64,000 bases of DNA, taken from the IMG/VR virus record IMGVR_UViG_3300030044_000012. One strand, given 5' to 3'. The position numbers and the translations under genes were made by a program. A model generated the notes under the pieces. The model made no database searches, had not been told where the DNA came from, and worked only from the letters and a program-made list of their open reading frames with translations. The first letter of the stretch is position 1. Every line of letters begins with the position of its first letter. Below are positions 27,661 through 37,521 of the stretch, one piece after another. The stretch is from an uncultured virus (IMG/VR IMGVR_UViG_3300030044_000012) (Duplodnaviria; Heunggongvirae; Uroviricota; Caudoviricetes).

Positions 27661-28001
27661 CGACGTTTCCTTTCAAAGTCTCGCTTTTCTTTCAGGTAGT
27701 CTTTGTACCACACCTTCATGGCCGGATTGGTCTTGCTACGTTCCTTCATCCCGGCTGCAACAAAAGCCGACAAATCTATCCGGTCGTTCACTTGTGTCAA
27801 CCATGGAAACTTAGCGGTCACAACCGACCACGGTGCCCGGTAGCTTGGAGAAGCGTCGTAAGGGTTGCCCCTACCGGCCTCCAGTTCCGCTGTACGCCAT
27901 TCCCACATGTCCAACCACCACTTGGCTACCTCTTCAAGAGAGGTACGCTCTAGGATGGGCTCCATGCGAGATTTCCATTCCCTTACTTCCGCGTCATTCA
28001 T
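27657..28001 (-). CDS. Hypothetical protein
   Basis: Start MNDAEV. Confidence 0.55.
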   Translation of the reverse strand: MNDAEVREWKSRMEPILERTSLEEVAKWWLDMWEWRTAELEAGRGNPYDASPSYRAPWSVVTAKFPWLTQVNDRIDLSAFVAAGMKERSKTNPAMKVWYKDYLKEKRDFERKRR

Positions 28002-28191
28002 ACTTGGACATTTCTTTGCACGTGGGGCAGAGGTCGATAAACGTGCCATCCACATCCACCTTCTTGTAGACCCAACCTCGGCTCTTGAACTCAGCCCGTA
28101 GTGACTTCGCGGTATCCAAGTCCCTGTAGCGAAGACCAGAGCCCTCGGTACATTCCTCACACGTAATTTCAATCCACACGATGATTGCCAT
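27994..28191 (-). CDS. Small zinc-finger protein
   Basis: CEEC...DLCPTC. Confidence 0.6.
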   Translation of the reverse strand: MAIIVWIEITCEECTEGSGLRYRDLDTAKSLRAEFKSRGWVYKKVDVDGTFIDLCPTCKEMSKYE

Positions 28192-28192
28192 G

Positions 28193-28579
28193 TTAGTAAC
28201 TCGCCACGGTGCCGGAGAGAAGTTCGAGATACCACGCACCACTGTCGTGGTCTTCATTGGCGATGTCAGTTTCAGCCGCTACATCGAACAACACCTTGAT
28301 TTTCTTGAAGTAATCAGCGATGTGGGCAAGGTGCTGTTCTTGCGTCAGATTGGGGTCGCCGCCGTAATGCCGAAGGTTGAATGAATACTGGTAGGCAAAG
28401 TAGTGAGGCACCGCAAAGTTGCGAATGATGACCTCGGTCTGTTCCGGGGTGAGAGTCTCGATGCCGAGCGGACCCATTCTTCGCTTGTGATAGGTCAGTA
28501 CATCCCTCATCGTCCGCAGGACTGCGTAGAAGGTGCTGCCGAAATCATTGTCCCCAAGGATAATCGCAACAGTTCTCAC
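28193..28579 (-). CDS. Hypothetical protein
   Basis: GTGA coupling. Confidence 0.65.
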   Translation of the reverse strand: MRTVAIILGDNDFGSTFYAVLRTMRDVLTYHKRRMGPLGIETLTPEQTEVIIRNFAVPHYFAYQYSFNLRHYGGDPNLTQEQHLAHIADYFKKIKVLFDVAAETDIANEDHDSGAWYLELLSGTVASY

Positions 28580-28905
28580 TTTGCCTCCACAGTCTTGATG
28601 ATGGCGTCAATGAAGTCTGCCCGTCCGGGAGCCTCGGTCTTCATGGTGAAGGACTTCAACTTGCCGCTATCCACCAACTTTTGCAGCCGTGCCTTGGCCG
28701 ACATCCGCTCGTCATAGGTCATCATCAGAAAAAACTCGGGCTGGTAGCCGTCCGTATCCTTCGGCATATCCAGAAGCAGCCGATGAAACTGCTTAATGTC
28801 CTTGATGTGCTGTGGAGCACGAGCTTCAATATCGTCCACCGTCCAGTTCGGCGGCAGGTTACTCAAGTCCCACTCCTCTTCGTCTTTCTTCTTTTTTCGA
28901 ATCAT
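28576..28905 (-). CDS. Hypothetical protein
   Basis: ATGA coupling. Confidence 0.6.
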   Translation of the reverse strand: MIRKKKKDEEEWDLSNLPPNWTVDDIEARAPQHIKDIKQFHRLLLDMPKDTDGYQPEFFLMMTYDERMSAKARLQKLVDSGKLKSFTMKTEAPGRADFIDAIIKTVEAK

Positions 28906-29105
28906 TGCTCATCTCCTCGACACGTCGGGCACCAGTCTTCCGGGTGCGATAACCATTCCTCGGCCAACTTGCGCGTTGCGTGATGGACGCAACCACCATG
29001 GTCTTCGCAAACTGTCATGTAACGACCATCCAAATGGCTCTTGCCCATATCCTCGATATAGACCTGAGTGCCGGTGGAACGTGCCTTGCGTGAGCCCCGT
29101 ATCAC
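28902..29105 (-). CDS. Small Cys/His zinc-binding protein
   Basis: GTG start at 29105 with SD GGAG; VCEDH...WCPTC. Confidence 0.55.
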   Translation of the reverse strand: MIRGSRKARSTGTQVYIEDMGKSHLDGRYMTVCEDHGGCVHHATRKLAEEWLSHPEDWCPTCRGDEQ

Positions 29106-29106
29106 T

Positions 29107-29433
29107 TTACCCTCTCCACGCCAGAAGGGTGTTGGGCTCCAGCCAGTAAGTTTTGTTGTGAGTGGTAATACCAAACAGGCCACCCTTGGTTTGAATGTCC
29201 ACGTCATACACGGCGATAAATGGGTGGACGCCAAACTCCACAGCATCCAAACTGATGAGATAAGGCTCCCGACCAGCATTGATGTTCTGACTCGCGGCGT
29301 TATCAGTTGAGGGGTGAATTCCCGCCTCATGATACTCCGCCACAGTAGAGTGGTGCTTGAGATTCACACCGGGCTCACTCTGGAGCATCGGCACGTTGGT
29401 GGTGGAAGCGAGTTGCGACTGCAAAGTGTCCAT
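29107..29433 (-). CDS. Hypothetical protein
   Basis: SD AAGGAG. Confidence 0.6.
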   Translation of the reverse strand: MDTLQSQLASTTNVPMLQSEPGVNLKHHSTVAEYHEAGIHPSTDNAASQNINAGREPYLISLDAVEFGVHPFIAVYDVDIQTKGGLFGITTHNKTYWLEPNTLLAWRG

Positions 29434-29443
29434 AAAATTCTCC

Positions 29444-29665
29444 TTAGCGTTGACGGGTTGCCACAGCCATTGCGAGGGTTAGTTGGTTGAAGACATAAAT
29501 GGCATCACTGGCCGCATCCTTACCACACGCGGAGTAAAATTCCACTGTCACCCGGTGGGGCGCGTTGGGCTCACCTTTCGCGACCATGACAAGACCTCGT
29601 GAGGTGCCCTGTACCCAAAGTTCAAAGCTGCCTGACTTATCTTTCAGTCTGAGTTTCTGTGCCAT
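29444..29665 (-). CDS. Hypothetical protein
   Basis: SD AAGGAG. Confidence 0.6.
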   Translation of the reverse strand: MAQKLRLKDKSGSFELWVQGTSRGLVMVAKGEPNAPHRVTVEFYSACGKDAASDAIYVFNQLTLAMAVATRQR

Positions 29666-29674
29666 GATGGCTCC

Positions 29675-30136
29675 TTAGCCGAGTAATGCGTACGCGGTGC
29701 CGCGTACGTGAGGGTGATTGTGATAGTCAGAACCGAGAGAGGTTTCAAGTTCCCAACGGATTTGGTCGTGCTCACAATCGTTCTGCTCGTAGGCCAGAGA
29801 GCCATAGACACAACGCCAGAGCGGCCAGATGGTCACAGCCGGGGCGAGTAGTTGGAAGACCTCTTCGGCCTTAGCCTGTGTGCGTTCCCAGCCCCAGCGA
29901 TACAGATGACCGGCCTCGTCGGCGGCGACCATAAAATAGCGGGTCTCGTAGACTTCACCACGAGGGTTGTCCATGTCGGCGTACTCAGGGTCGCGACGGG
30001 CGACAATCTCCTCCGAGTCAACGTAGAAGGTGTATTTGACGCTAGGTGTGGGGGTGGGGGTGACAGCCATAAGGTCAGCCACTTGGAAGTAGCGTTCGGC
30101 GGCGAGGTAGTTGATGTCACACTGATAATATCCCAT
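29675..30136 (-). CDS. Hypothetical protein (predicted leaderless)
   Basis: ATG 30136 lies 6 nt after TATACT. Confidence 0.65.
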   Translation of the reverse strand: MGYYQCDINYLAAERYFQVADLMAVTPTPTPSVKYTFYVDSEEIVARRDPEYADMDNPRGEVYETRYFMVAADEAGHLYRWGWERTQAKAEEVFQLLAPAVTIWPLWRCVYGSLAYEQNDCEHDQIRWELETSLGSDYHNHPHVRGTAYALLG

Positions 30137-30142
30137 ACCTGT

Positions 30143-30190
30143 AGTATACCTGCCTTCCATCTGTTTTGGATAGTTTTTGAGAAAAAATTT
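30143..30190 (-). promoter_or_regulatory. Class A promoter (TATCCA-N18-TATACT)
   Basis: 18-nt spacer, A-tract upstream. Confidence 0.75.
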
Positions 30191-30212
30191 GGGCTGACCG
30201 AAGCCAGCCCAA
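30182..30212 (-). terminator. Intrinsic terminator
   Basis: TTGGGCTGGC-TTCG-GTCAGCCCAA followed by ATTTTTT. Confidence 0.75.
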
Positions 30213-30217
30213 GGAAA

Positions 30218-30760
30218 TTACCGCAGGGAGAGAGACGAGGAGAACGATTCGACCGAGGTGTTTTCCTTGCGAATCTGCAAGGAGCAAGCCGCCGACACCA
30301 CGTTGATAAACACCAGCACACCCAAGGAAAGGTAAGTCAGTTCCTTGATGTGGACGAAGGTAAGGATGCCCTCCATGAGAAGAGTGAATCCAGCGGCCTT
30401 TACCTTGCTGCCGAAGGCTGCGGTCGCCCAGTTGAACACGGTCGGGGCCGAGTACAGAAGGCCACCAGCCACCAAAAGCCAGAGCATTGGGTAGGTCGCA
30501 ACGCCCAGCGGGTGGTGGATGATGACGTAGGTAGAAATTGGAATTGCACCACCGAGGACGGAGCCGACTACCGCAGCCAGACGAGCACCGGGCATGAAGG
30601 CACGACGAACCTGCTGAATAACCGTCAGCCGCTGAAACTGCTCATAGCTGAGGGTCTTGGCGGGAGCGGACTTGGTCGTCTTGCTGACCGTCTTGCTCTT
30701 GCGGGGGCTGGACTTCGCTACGCTGCGCTCACGGGGGAAGGTTACGGGGCTGGTTGCCAT
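30218..30760 (-). CDS. Multi-pass membrane protein with basic N-terminus
   Basis: About four TM segments; SD GAGGAG. Confidence 0.75.
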   Translation of the reverse strand: MATSPVTFPRERSVAKSSPRKSKTVSKTTKSAPAKTLSYEQFQRLTVIQQVRRAFMPGARLAAVVGSVLGGAIPISTYVIIHHPLGVATYPMLWLLVAGGLLYSAPTVFNWATAAFGSKVKAAGFTLLMEGILTFVHIKELTYLSLGVLVFINVVSAACSLQIRKENTSVESFSSSLSLR

Positions 30761-30782
30761 GTCAGTATATCTCCTCATTCAC

Positions 30783-30830
30783 AGTATACCGAGGAGACCA
30801 CTGTTTTGGATAGTTTTTAAGAAATTTTTT
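30783..30830 (-). promoter_or_regulatory. Class A promoter (TATCCA-N18-TATACT)
   Basis: Upstream part near-identical to the copy at 30143-30190. Confidence 0.75.
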
Positions 30831-31732
30831 TAAGAAAAAACACCTTCGCAAAAATAGGCAACCTTAGGGACAGCTTTAGCCGGTCGAAGTGATGATGCTT
30901 TCTGTTGCTGAATCTGCACCAACTGCTCCGGTTTAGGGTTAACCACGAAGCCAGTGTCAGTACCCTTACCGCGTCCTCTCCCCTTAGCGCGGAGGCCAAT
31001 AACTAGAGGTTTATTCGGGTCGGGTCGTTCACTGTCATCAAGGAACCGCAGGTCATGATTATCACCATCCATAACACTGTACCCATGCCATGTCTCAGGC
31101 AGTGGATCACCCTTCTTAATGCCAAAGACTACTGCCACATTTACGCCATGCTCAAGGGCCTTTAAAGCGTGATGCTCGTTGTTCTCCGAACGACTAAAGG
31201 TGATGTGATAGTTGGGGAGAGTCCGAGTCCATGGTTCCGGCACCTTCGTGTAGTCGTAAAACTGCACGTCTGGGAATTCTTGTGCCATCTGACGGGCAAG
31301 GTGAGGCAGGTCACTGGTGCCGTTGATACGAACCGCCGGTCGCAGATTTTTCTTATCAGCTTGACGAATCAATTTACGAATGTCGGCGCGAAGTTCTTCC
31401 AAAAACCGGGGGCGGTCGGTGAAGTATAGTTTGGTGCGCTCAATACGACGCCTCTGGTGTGTCGGCATCGCACCCATACCTGAGGTGTTCAGACAAAACT
31501 GGCGACACTCCTTGCTGGCGTTGGGGCATACATTACCGCCACCTGAGGAAGTGGACAGGTCCGAAGGAGCTAGATGCATGATACCCGTCAACCAACCCTT
31601 TGCTTCACCCTTCTGAGTTTTATGGTTGTCAGTATTCACTAGAGATGGTGAATACGGTTTTCGAGTTTTAGGGTTGCTGGTGGTCAACAGGTTGTCGGCT
31701 TGAACCAGTAATTTCGCAGTAAACTTGAACAT
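30830..31732 (-). CDS. Phage GP88-family protein
   Basis: CPNASKECRQFCL, VRINGTSD, QFYDYTK, YHITFS, NVAVVF, DGDNHDLRF, GLRAKG. Confidence 0.75.
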   Translation of the reverse strand: MFKFTAKLLVQADNLLTTSNPKTRKPYSPSLVNTDNHKTQKGEAKGWLTGIMHLAPSDLSTSSGGGNVCPNASKECRQFCLNTSGMGAMPTHQRRRIERTKLYFTDRPRFLEELRADIRKLIRQADKKNLRPAVRINGTSDLPHLARQMAQEFPDVQFYDYTKVPEPWTRTLPNYHITFSRSENNEHHALKALEHGVNVAVVFGIKKGDPLPETWHGYSVMDGDNHDLRFLDDSERPDPNKPLVIGLRAKGRGRGKGTDTGFVVNPKPEQLVQIQQQKASSLRPAKAVPKVAYFCEGVFS

Positions 31733-31784
31733 TGGGTGCCCTCTATAAAGCACCCTGTAGTTCAATTGGTTTTATTGAGGGATT

Positions 31785-32381
31785 TTAGACAGAACCTGCC
31801 GCTTTGTGGGCCTTAAGGAACTCCGGGATGGAATCAGTGAACGAAGCGACCTCAACAGCAAGGTTCTCAACCTGCATGTAAGCTGTAAGTAGGTAAGCGA
31901 GACCATACTTGGTGTTCTTAATCCCATGTTGAAGCCAAGGAACGTTGTACGCCTGACCGGCATAACGCACCCATTCGCAACGACCAGATATGGGAGTATA
32001 GTCACTACTATACATAGCGATTCGATTGGACACTAAACTACCAAGACTGATAGCGCCATCAAGTACAGGAGAATCAATGGCGACCACAGAAAACCCCCGC
32101 CAAGGGTAGTCTTCTTGTAACTTGGCAGCAAGTAATCCTCCAAGCCCAACTCCAAAAATAACGGAGTTTGATAAAGCATCCGGGAGGAAGTAGGATTGAA
32201 GCCAACGGTAGGATTCCAACGCAGAGGCATCATCCTTAAACTCGTAAGGGGGTTGAGGCCGCTTGAAGAAATCAGGGCGGGTGCCTACCTTAGTTGCCAT
32301 GATGGAGGCCAACTTCTCCACATCTTCTGGAGTGCCTCGGTCATGTAAAAGATAGTGCCCTTTGAATCGGGTAAAGTCCAT
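31785..32381 (-). CDS. Alpha/beta-hydrolase-like protein lacking the nucleophile Ser
   Basis: VIFGVGLGGLLAAKL in place of GxSxGG, followed by VVAIDSP. Confidence 0.5.
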   Translation of the reverse strand: MDFTRFKGHYLLHDRGTPEDVEKLASIMATKVGTRPDFFKRPQPPYEFKDDASALESYRWLQSYFLPDALSNSVIFGVGLGGLLAAKLQEDYPWRGFSVVAIDSPVLDGAISLGSLVSNRIAMYSSDYTPISGRCEWVRYAGQAYNVPWLQHGIKNTKYGLAYLLTAYMQVENLAVEVASFTDSIPEFLKAHKAAGSV

Positions 32382-32716
32382 TAAGCCTTCTTTGTTCTCA
32401 GTGCCTTTTCGAGTAGAGCAGCCTGACCGTCCTGACTCATAAAGTCACTACCGCCGCTCTGTATGTGAATCATAATTCCTGTGTTTCCACCAACAGCAAC
32501 AATGGCTGTGTCATCAGCATGGTGCTGTTCTACGACTACGCCAGCGGTGCTACTGAAAGTGTAGTCACCCTGCTTACCACTCGCAAAGAAGCTCTTTGGT
32601 CTGAGGCCATCCTGTTCAAGGATAACCCCCACCAACTTCTTGCCGAACTCCGGGTCGTTGCGGATTTCGTGCAGGGCGTCGTTGTATATCACTACCGTTG
32701 TGTTGTAGCCCATCAC
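32381..32716 (-). CDS. Hypothetical protein
   Basis: Coupled ORF. Confidence 0.65.
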   Translation of the reverse strand: MMGYNTTVVIYNDALHEIRNDPEFGKKLVGVILEQDGLRPKSFFASGKQGDYTFSSTAGVVVEQHHADDTAIVAVGGNTGIMIHIQSGGSDFMSQDGQAALLEKALRTKKA

Positions 32717-33006
32717 TGACCTCTCAATATCGCTGCTTCAACCTGAGGAGTGCAGGGAACATAGGTGATGGTGAACCCGTTTTGAGCGAAATCCCCATCA
32801 GTACGTGAGGCCACCACAGCGTAGCAAATGCCGTAACGGTCCTTAACATATGTGATGTGGTTGACCATTTCACGTGCATTGGAACCGCTCATGGTTGAGG
32901 CGTTTTGACCACACCCAACAACAACGAAGAAGGTGTTGACGAGCAAGAGCACCCATACAAGCGGCACCCGTGCCAGTGTTTTCAAATTAGACCAAAGGTT
33001 TTTCAT
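32713..33006 (-). CDS. Putative lipoprotein
   Basis: Hydrophobic stretch ending VVVGC (lipobox-like). Confidence 0.6.
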   Translation of the reverse strand: MKNLWSNLKTLARVPLVWVLLLVNTFFVVVGCGQNASTMSGSNAREMVNHITYVKDRYGICYAVVASRTDGDFAQNGFTITYVPCTPQVEAAILRGQ

Positions 33007-34320
33007 TTACTCACCCTTCCCTTCCACATAGTAACGGTCATCGCGGCCAAACGGACGTACAAGCTTCCACAGTGCCTCGTGCGCTTCAGCCTCACGCTCA
33101 TTGTAAAGCAGAATAGCCACCGAAACAATGTCATGGTTGAAGTCTTGAGTCTTCAACCAATCCTTACGAGCCACATCGTTCTTGAATCCGCCGTACACTT
33201 CGTTAAGGCCAGCGTCCTCCTCAAGACGACGCAGGAGTTCCACCGCCTTAATAGCTTTCACAAGGTTCTCATGAAACGCCTTGGTGAGCCCCCGGTGCCA
33301 CTGCTTGACCCATGCAGCGAACTCAGCAGGTACAGACATCGAGTGAGTCACCTCACCAGTCTTACGGTTGAATTGAGAGTCCATCGCCAACCAAGGATTC
33401 ATTGGAAGGGCGAACTCTTCCCAAATCATTTGAGGCGTGAGCCCCGTCAGAATTTTGTGAAGCCGCTTGTACTCCGACAACTTAATCTTGGCCTTAACCG
33501 GGGGCAGACCATGCCGGTTGACAGAGACAACATACCCTTCCTCTTCCTTCGAAGGGTCAGCCTCAGCAGTTGCAATGTCGATATCGAACTTCTCAACAAG
33601 GCGGCACCACGGCTTACCCGGCTTCAGGTTGCCATCAGCATCCATCGTCTTCGAGTATGAGTTGAGGTTCACCCACAACTCGTGCAACTGCTCGTAAGAC
33701 ATTTCCTCGCCGGTCTCGTTGTTCACCGCCGTCAACAAGCACAAACCCTCCCACTCATACGGCACCACGATGCGAAGATGCTTCGCGATGATTTCGAAAA
33801 TGAGAGTCCAGCCATTAGGCACAAAATCCTTGGCCGCACCGTACTTGACAAACTTCTGCCATTTCTCGGTCGCGAACTTCGCCCCATCCGATTCGAACGA
33901 ACCACGAGTTGAGATACCCCACTGGTCACCGTAGTTCCAAAGCACACCCATCTGGCCGTCCATCTTGCGAGTGATGGTCAGGGGACGCCGGAACACGTCC
34001 ATGTAGTTCTTGACGAACGCCTCATCCACCATTACGTTCTCTTCCACCACCGGGCGTCCCGAGGCGACACCTGCGATAATGGTGGAAGCCTGACCAAGGT
34101 TAAAAAATTTATACTGACTACGGGATACAACCTCATCCTTGTCATCGAGAATCAAGCCCCGGCACTGGCAAACCTCGTGGGGCCAGAATTGCTCAAATTG
34201 AGCACTTGCAGTGTAGTTGAATATACGGAGAGGGAGCGTTGGGTGTTTTCGCACGGAAATATAACCCGCGTCGATGTATTCTTTCAATTTGTCAAAGTCG
34301 AGCAAATTGTTAACCAGCAC
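33007..34320 (-). CDS. RNA ligase, T4 Rnl1-like
   Basis: FNYT, CRGLIL, KFFN, motif I KMDG, STRGSF, FEII, EEGYVV, KIK. Confidence 0.92.
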   Translation of the reverse strand: MLVNNLLDFDKLKEYIDAGYISVRKHPTLPLRIFNYTASAQFEQFWPHEVCQCRGLILDDKDEVVSRSQYKFFNLGQASTIIAGVASGRPVVEENVMVDEAFVKNYMDVFRRPLTITRKMDGQMGVLWNYGDQWGISTRGSFESDGAKFATEKWQKFVKYGAAKDFVPNGWTLIFEIIAKHLRIVVPYEWEGLCLLTAVNNETGEEMSYEQLHELWVNLNSYSKTMDADGNLKPGKPWCRLVEKFDIDIATAEADPSKEEEGYVVSVNRHGLPPVKAKIKLSEYKRLHKILTGLTPQMIWEEFALPMNPWLAMDSQFNRKTGEVTHSMSVPAEFAAWVKQWHRGLTKAFHENLVKAIKAVELLRRLEEDAGLNEVYGGFKNDVARKDWLKTQDFNHDIVSVAILLYNEREAEAHEALWKLVRPFGRDDRYYVEGKGE

Positions 34321-34961
34321 TGTGAACCTCTTCGATTTTCGATTCGTTCGTACCAGTCGGATAACCAGCGTCGAATCTCATCTAGGGTCAAATCATTCTT
34401 GACCACATTCGCCTTGTAGGTACAGAGAACTACATTTTCCCTCGTGTACCCTAACTCAGGTGAAATCTTATCAACCGACAACGACTGCTTACTGTGCCCC
34501 CTACCTCTGACCATTTGAAATGGTTCATCGGTGTAAAAACAGAGACCGTTCTGAAAATTGTACAGTGCTACCAAATACTCCCACGAGAGGTCGAACGGTA
34601 ACCCTTTCTTCTTAGCGGCGGATTTCAAAGTGGAAGCTTTGTGTTTCATGTAGGCTTCCAGTGAACTGTTTAACCGCTCTTCCGTGCGACGATACTCGCA
34701 AAATTTACACTGAGGCTCTCTGACTAATCCTCGCCCTCGGCGGGGCCGTTCAATGAAATCCTCTTCGTTTCGCTCATGTCCACAATTCGAACAAAGCGCC
34801 TTACCATTTACAACCTGCAAATTAAATAGGTGGCGACCGACCGCTTTGATACCATTCCTGCGACGGATACCACCTACTGTGCTTTTTGGAATACCCAACT
34901 CACGAACAATATCCCGGTCGTTCTTTCCCGCTGCAAGTAACTCTAAAACTTTGTCAACCAT
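34284..34961 (-). mobile_element. Free-standing HNH-like homing endonuclease with N-terminal HTH and zinc finger
   Basis: HTH (DIVRELGIPKSTVGGI), CSNC...CKFC, QNGLCFYT...SVDKISPELGYTRENVVLCTYKAN; sits between pnk and the ligase. Confidence 0.8.
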
Positions 34962-35013
34962 ATCGAACCTCTAACTAAGGATTCGATATTGGCTAAAAAC
35001 TTGTACTATGACC

Positions 35014-36087
35014 CTAAAAATCCTCTAGTGCCTGACAATCGGGGCACCGTCTATACCCCTCGCGGTCGGCGTAGGAGCAGCCATCCCGATGCACTGTGGT
35101 GAACTCCTCAGGTGTGAGGAACTCGCCGCCATAGACCGGGCGAACCGGAACTCCTGCTTCCATCCAGCAACCCTGCACAACCCGAGGCCGGTCGTCCACA
35201 ACAAAGACAATCTGTTCCTTCGGGAAGTACGCGAGAAGTTCCCGCAGTATTTCCTGCTTCACAGGAACGTCCGACGAATTGTCGAAGCTGTGACGCATGA
35301 ACAGCCCGTCACGCGGAACCTCGTACTTGTCCAGCCATGCATTCGTGGCATCACCACAAGTGCTCTTGCGACCGGAGACAGCGAACATCAACACGTTCGG
35401 CTGCGTGTACAAGTTCTGAAGTTCGTGGATGATGTTCAAATACGGCCTGTCCACTTCCACATTCAGACCGTACGGGGAGCGCAAAGAACGCCCCTGTTCG
35501 TCCATGTGGCTGGCAACCGTGCCGTCGATGTCGAAGAGGTAGACCGAGGTCTCTGGGTTCAGCTTGTTGAACGCCGGATGACGACCACTCATCAGGAACT
35601 GACGCTCAATCACACCCCGGCCTACATGAGCCAAACCTGTCCGCAACGCATCACGCCGGACGCACTCGTCCATCTGAGTATCCATGCGATAGATGCGGAA
35701 TGCCGCCTTGTGGTTCGCGAAGTGCTCCCACTTGTCAACCGTGTTCGGGTTCAGGTGGGTATTGTCAACCACCACATTCACATCCTGAGAAAGAGCATGA
35801 GCCGCACGAGCGCGTTCGACCTTGGAGACGAAATCCTCAAAGTCCCGACCAGAAACACCACCCTTGAAATTGCGGGGGATAAACACCCCGGCTTCCTTGA
35901 TTGCAACCTCTTCCTGCAATGCGGCACGGAATGCGGCATCCTTCACAGCCGGAGCAAGTTCGATACGAAGGTCATCGCGATTGACGCGAACATACCCCTT
36001 CGCAACGTAGTCCTTAGCCACTGTGCTCTTGCCGCTACCCGATTCTCCGATGAGGAGAAGTAGTTCCCTTGTGTGTCCCTTAGCCAT
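35014..36087 (-). CDS. Polynucleotide 5'-kinase/3'-phosphatase (T4 PseT-like)
   Basis: P-loop GESGSGKST, RDDLR, VVDNT; HAD domain FDIDGT, VSGR, K, VDDR. Confidence 0.93.
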   Translation of the reverse strand: MAKGHTRELLLLIGESGSGKSTVAKDYVAKGYVRVNRDDLRIELAPAVKDAAFRAALQEEVAIKEAGVFIPRNFKGGVSGRDFEDFVSKVERARAAHALSQDVNVVVDNTHLNPNTVDKWEHFANHKAAFRIYRMDTQMDECVRRDALRTGLAHVGRGVIERQFLMSGRHPAFNKLNPETSVYLFDIDGTVASHMDEQGRSLRSPYGLNVEVDRPYLNIIHELQNLYTQPNVLMFAVSGRKSTCGDATNAWLDKYEVPRDGLFMRHSFDNSSDVPVKQEILRELLAYFPKEQIVFVVDDRPRVVQGCWMEAGVPVRPVYGGEFLTPEEFTTVHRDGCSYADREGYRRCPDCQALEDF

Positions 36088-36104
36088 GAATCCCTCTTGT
36101 CCTT

Positions 36105-36142
36105 AGTATACCGAAGGTTACCAACATTTAGCTACTTTTTTT
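36105..36142 (-). promoter_or_regulatory. Class A promoter (TAGCTA-N18-TATACT) for pnk and the ligase
   Basis: 18-nt spacer. Confidence 0.75.
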
Positions 36143-36160
36143 GGGGTAATTTTTGGGGGC

Positions 36161-36700
36161 TCATAGTCCTAGTTTACGCCTCTGCTTCTCCCATGCCCGT
36201 TCCACGGCCTTATTGACCTGTTTGGAAACTCGTTGCCGGGAGAAAAACATAACACCATCAAGATGGTCTGCCTCGTGTTGGGCCACACGGGCATCCATAC
36301 CATGCAGTTCAATCTCTCGTTCTTCACCGAGGATAGTAAAGTACCGCATCACCACAGTTTCGGGGCGGGAGACCTGCTCAAAAACATCAGGAAGGGATAG
36401 GCAACCCTCCTGTTCATGCAGAAGAGCCCCGCTCAAGGTCAGGGTGGGGTTGCACACCACAAGGGGTGGGGCAGTCAACTTTCCGCCTTTAGCCGACTCA
36501 GGGAAATGCATAATAAAAACGCGACTGGTTATTCCAACTTGGGGGGCGGCAAGGCCAACCCCCTTGTGGGTATTCATAGTAGCCAGCAGTTCACTGGCGA
36601 ACTCTCTCAGTTTGGAACCGAACTCGGTGCTTCGCACAGGCTCACAGACCGTGGTCAACATCAAGTCGTTCCAGTATCGCATCTGTAGTACATTGCCCAT
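36161..36700 (-). CDS. def: Peptide deformylase
   Basis: Motifs GVGLAAPQVG, EGCLS, QHEADHLDG. Confidence 0.96.
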   Translation of the reverse strand: MGNVLQMRYWNDLMLTTVCEPVRSTEFGSKLREFASELLATMNTHKGVGLAAPQVGITSRVFIMHFPESAKGGKLTAPPLVVCNPTLTLSGALLHEQEGCLSLPDVFEQVSRPETVVMRYFTILGEEREIELHGMDARVAQHEADHLDGVMFFSRQRVSKQVNKAVERAWEKQRRKLGL

Positions 36701-36706
36701 GGAAAT

Positions 36707-36745
36707 AGTATACCTAACTCACCACAGTTTTAGCTGGATATTTGT
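36707..36745 (-). promoter_or_regulatory. Class A promoter (CAGCTA-N18-TATACT); def predicted leaderless
   Basis: ATG 6 nt after TATACT, no SD. Confidence 0.72.
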
Positions 36746-36749
36746 AAAA

Positions 36750-37463
36750 TTATTTTGAAGCACCACTAACCTGAGCCCAGCGCAAAGCCCCACTGTGCCG
36801 GTTTCCACCGACCGCATCAACAAGCTCTTCGGCTTTGTTCTTAAGAAGCTGCATAAGAGTGGGTACCCGTGCCACATCAACCCGGAGATGGGTCAGTCGA
36901 GATATACCATCCATCAAATCTACAAAAGCCGTAGCCGGGATTGTTGGGGCTACCCCACTCATGTAGAGAGCCAGCCGCCAGATGAATGCAAACACACCAT
37001 CAACTGGCTTATCCGAAAGAAGTCTTTGGTCATACGTGCAAGCCTCAACAAGGTGCTCACGAGTGATGTGTGTTTCGAGAGCAAGAAGAATTTGGAATGC
37101 TTGGTCCTCGGTTGGCTCCGGAGCGTAGCAATAAGCGAACACCCCACGAGACACACCGTCAGGAACAGCAAACTTATATCCGGCTGGAACCTCAGGCAAT
37201 GTCCGACGCGACTCTTTCAACTTCTTCTCAATATCACTGTAGAGAATTTGGCCGGAGTACGGTTGTCTGGTGCTTGGATCGTAGATGAGGAATAGCTGGC
37301 CTTGTGGGTTGTTGTAGATTAAATCGTGCGAAGCGCGTAGTTCAGCCTGTCGTGAAGAGGGCCTCCGGTTGAATACGTCGATGTCTTCAACCGGATGTGG
37401 GAAGTACCCCGCCCAGTTCATTCGTACTTCGTGATCTACTTTGACCTTCGCCTTAACTGCCAT
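36750..37463 (-). CDS. Hypothetical protein
   Basis: 237-aa ORF. Confidence 0.75.
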   Translation of the reverse strand: MAVKAKVKVDHEVRMNWAGYFPHPVEDIDVFNRRPSSRQAELRASHDLIYNNPQGQLFLIYDPSTRQPYSGQILYSDIEKKLKESRRTLPEVPAGYKFAVPDGVSRGVFAYCYAPEPTEDQAFQILLALETHITREHLVEACTYDQRLLSDKPVDGVFAFIWRLALYMSGVAPTIPATAFVDLMDGISRLTHLRVDVARVPTLMQLLKNKAEELVDAVGGNRHSGALRWAQVSGASK

Positions 37464-37521
37464 ATAGTTTTAAATCAGTACCGCGTACTTCTGAATCAAG
37501 CTGAAGGTCATTTGAAGATCG

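Noticed and set aside
29852..30820. 322-aa plus-strand ORF
   Set aside because: Antisense shadow of two minus-strand genes that have their own promoters and terminator; no recognisable motifs.
35089..36063. 324-aa plus-strand ORF
   Set aside because: Antisense shadow of pnk; the same applies to 21883-22632, 32905-33660 and 4468-5148.
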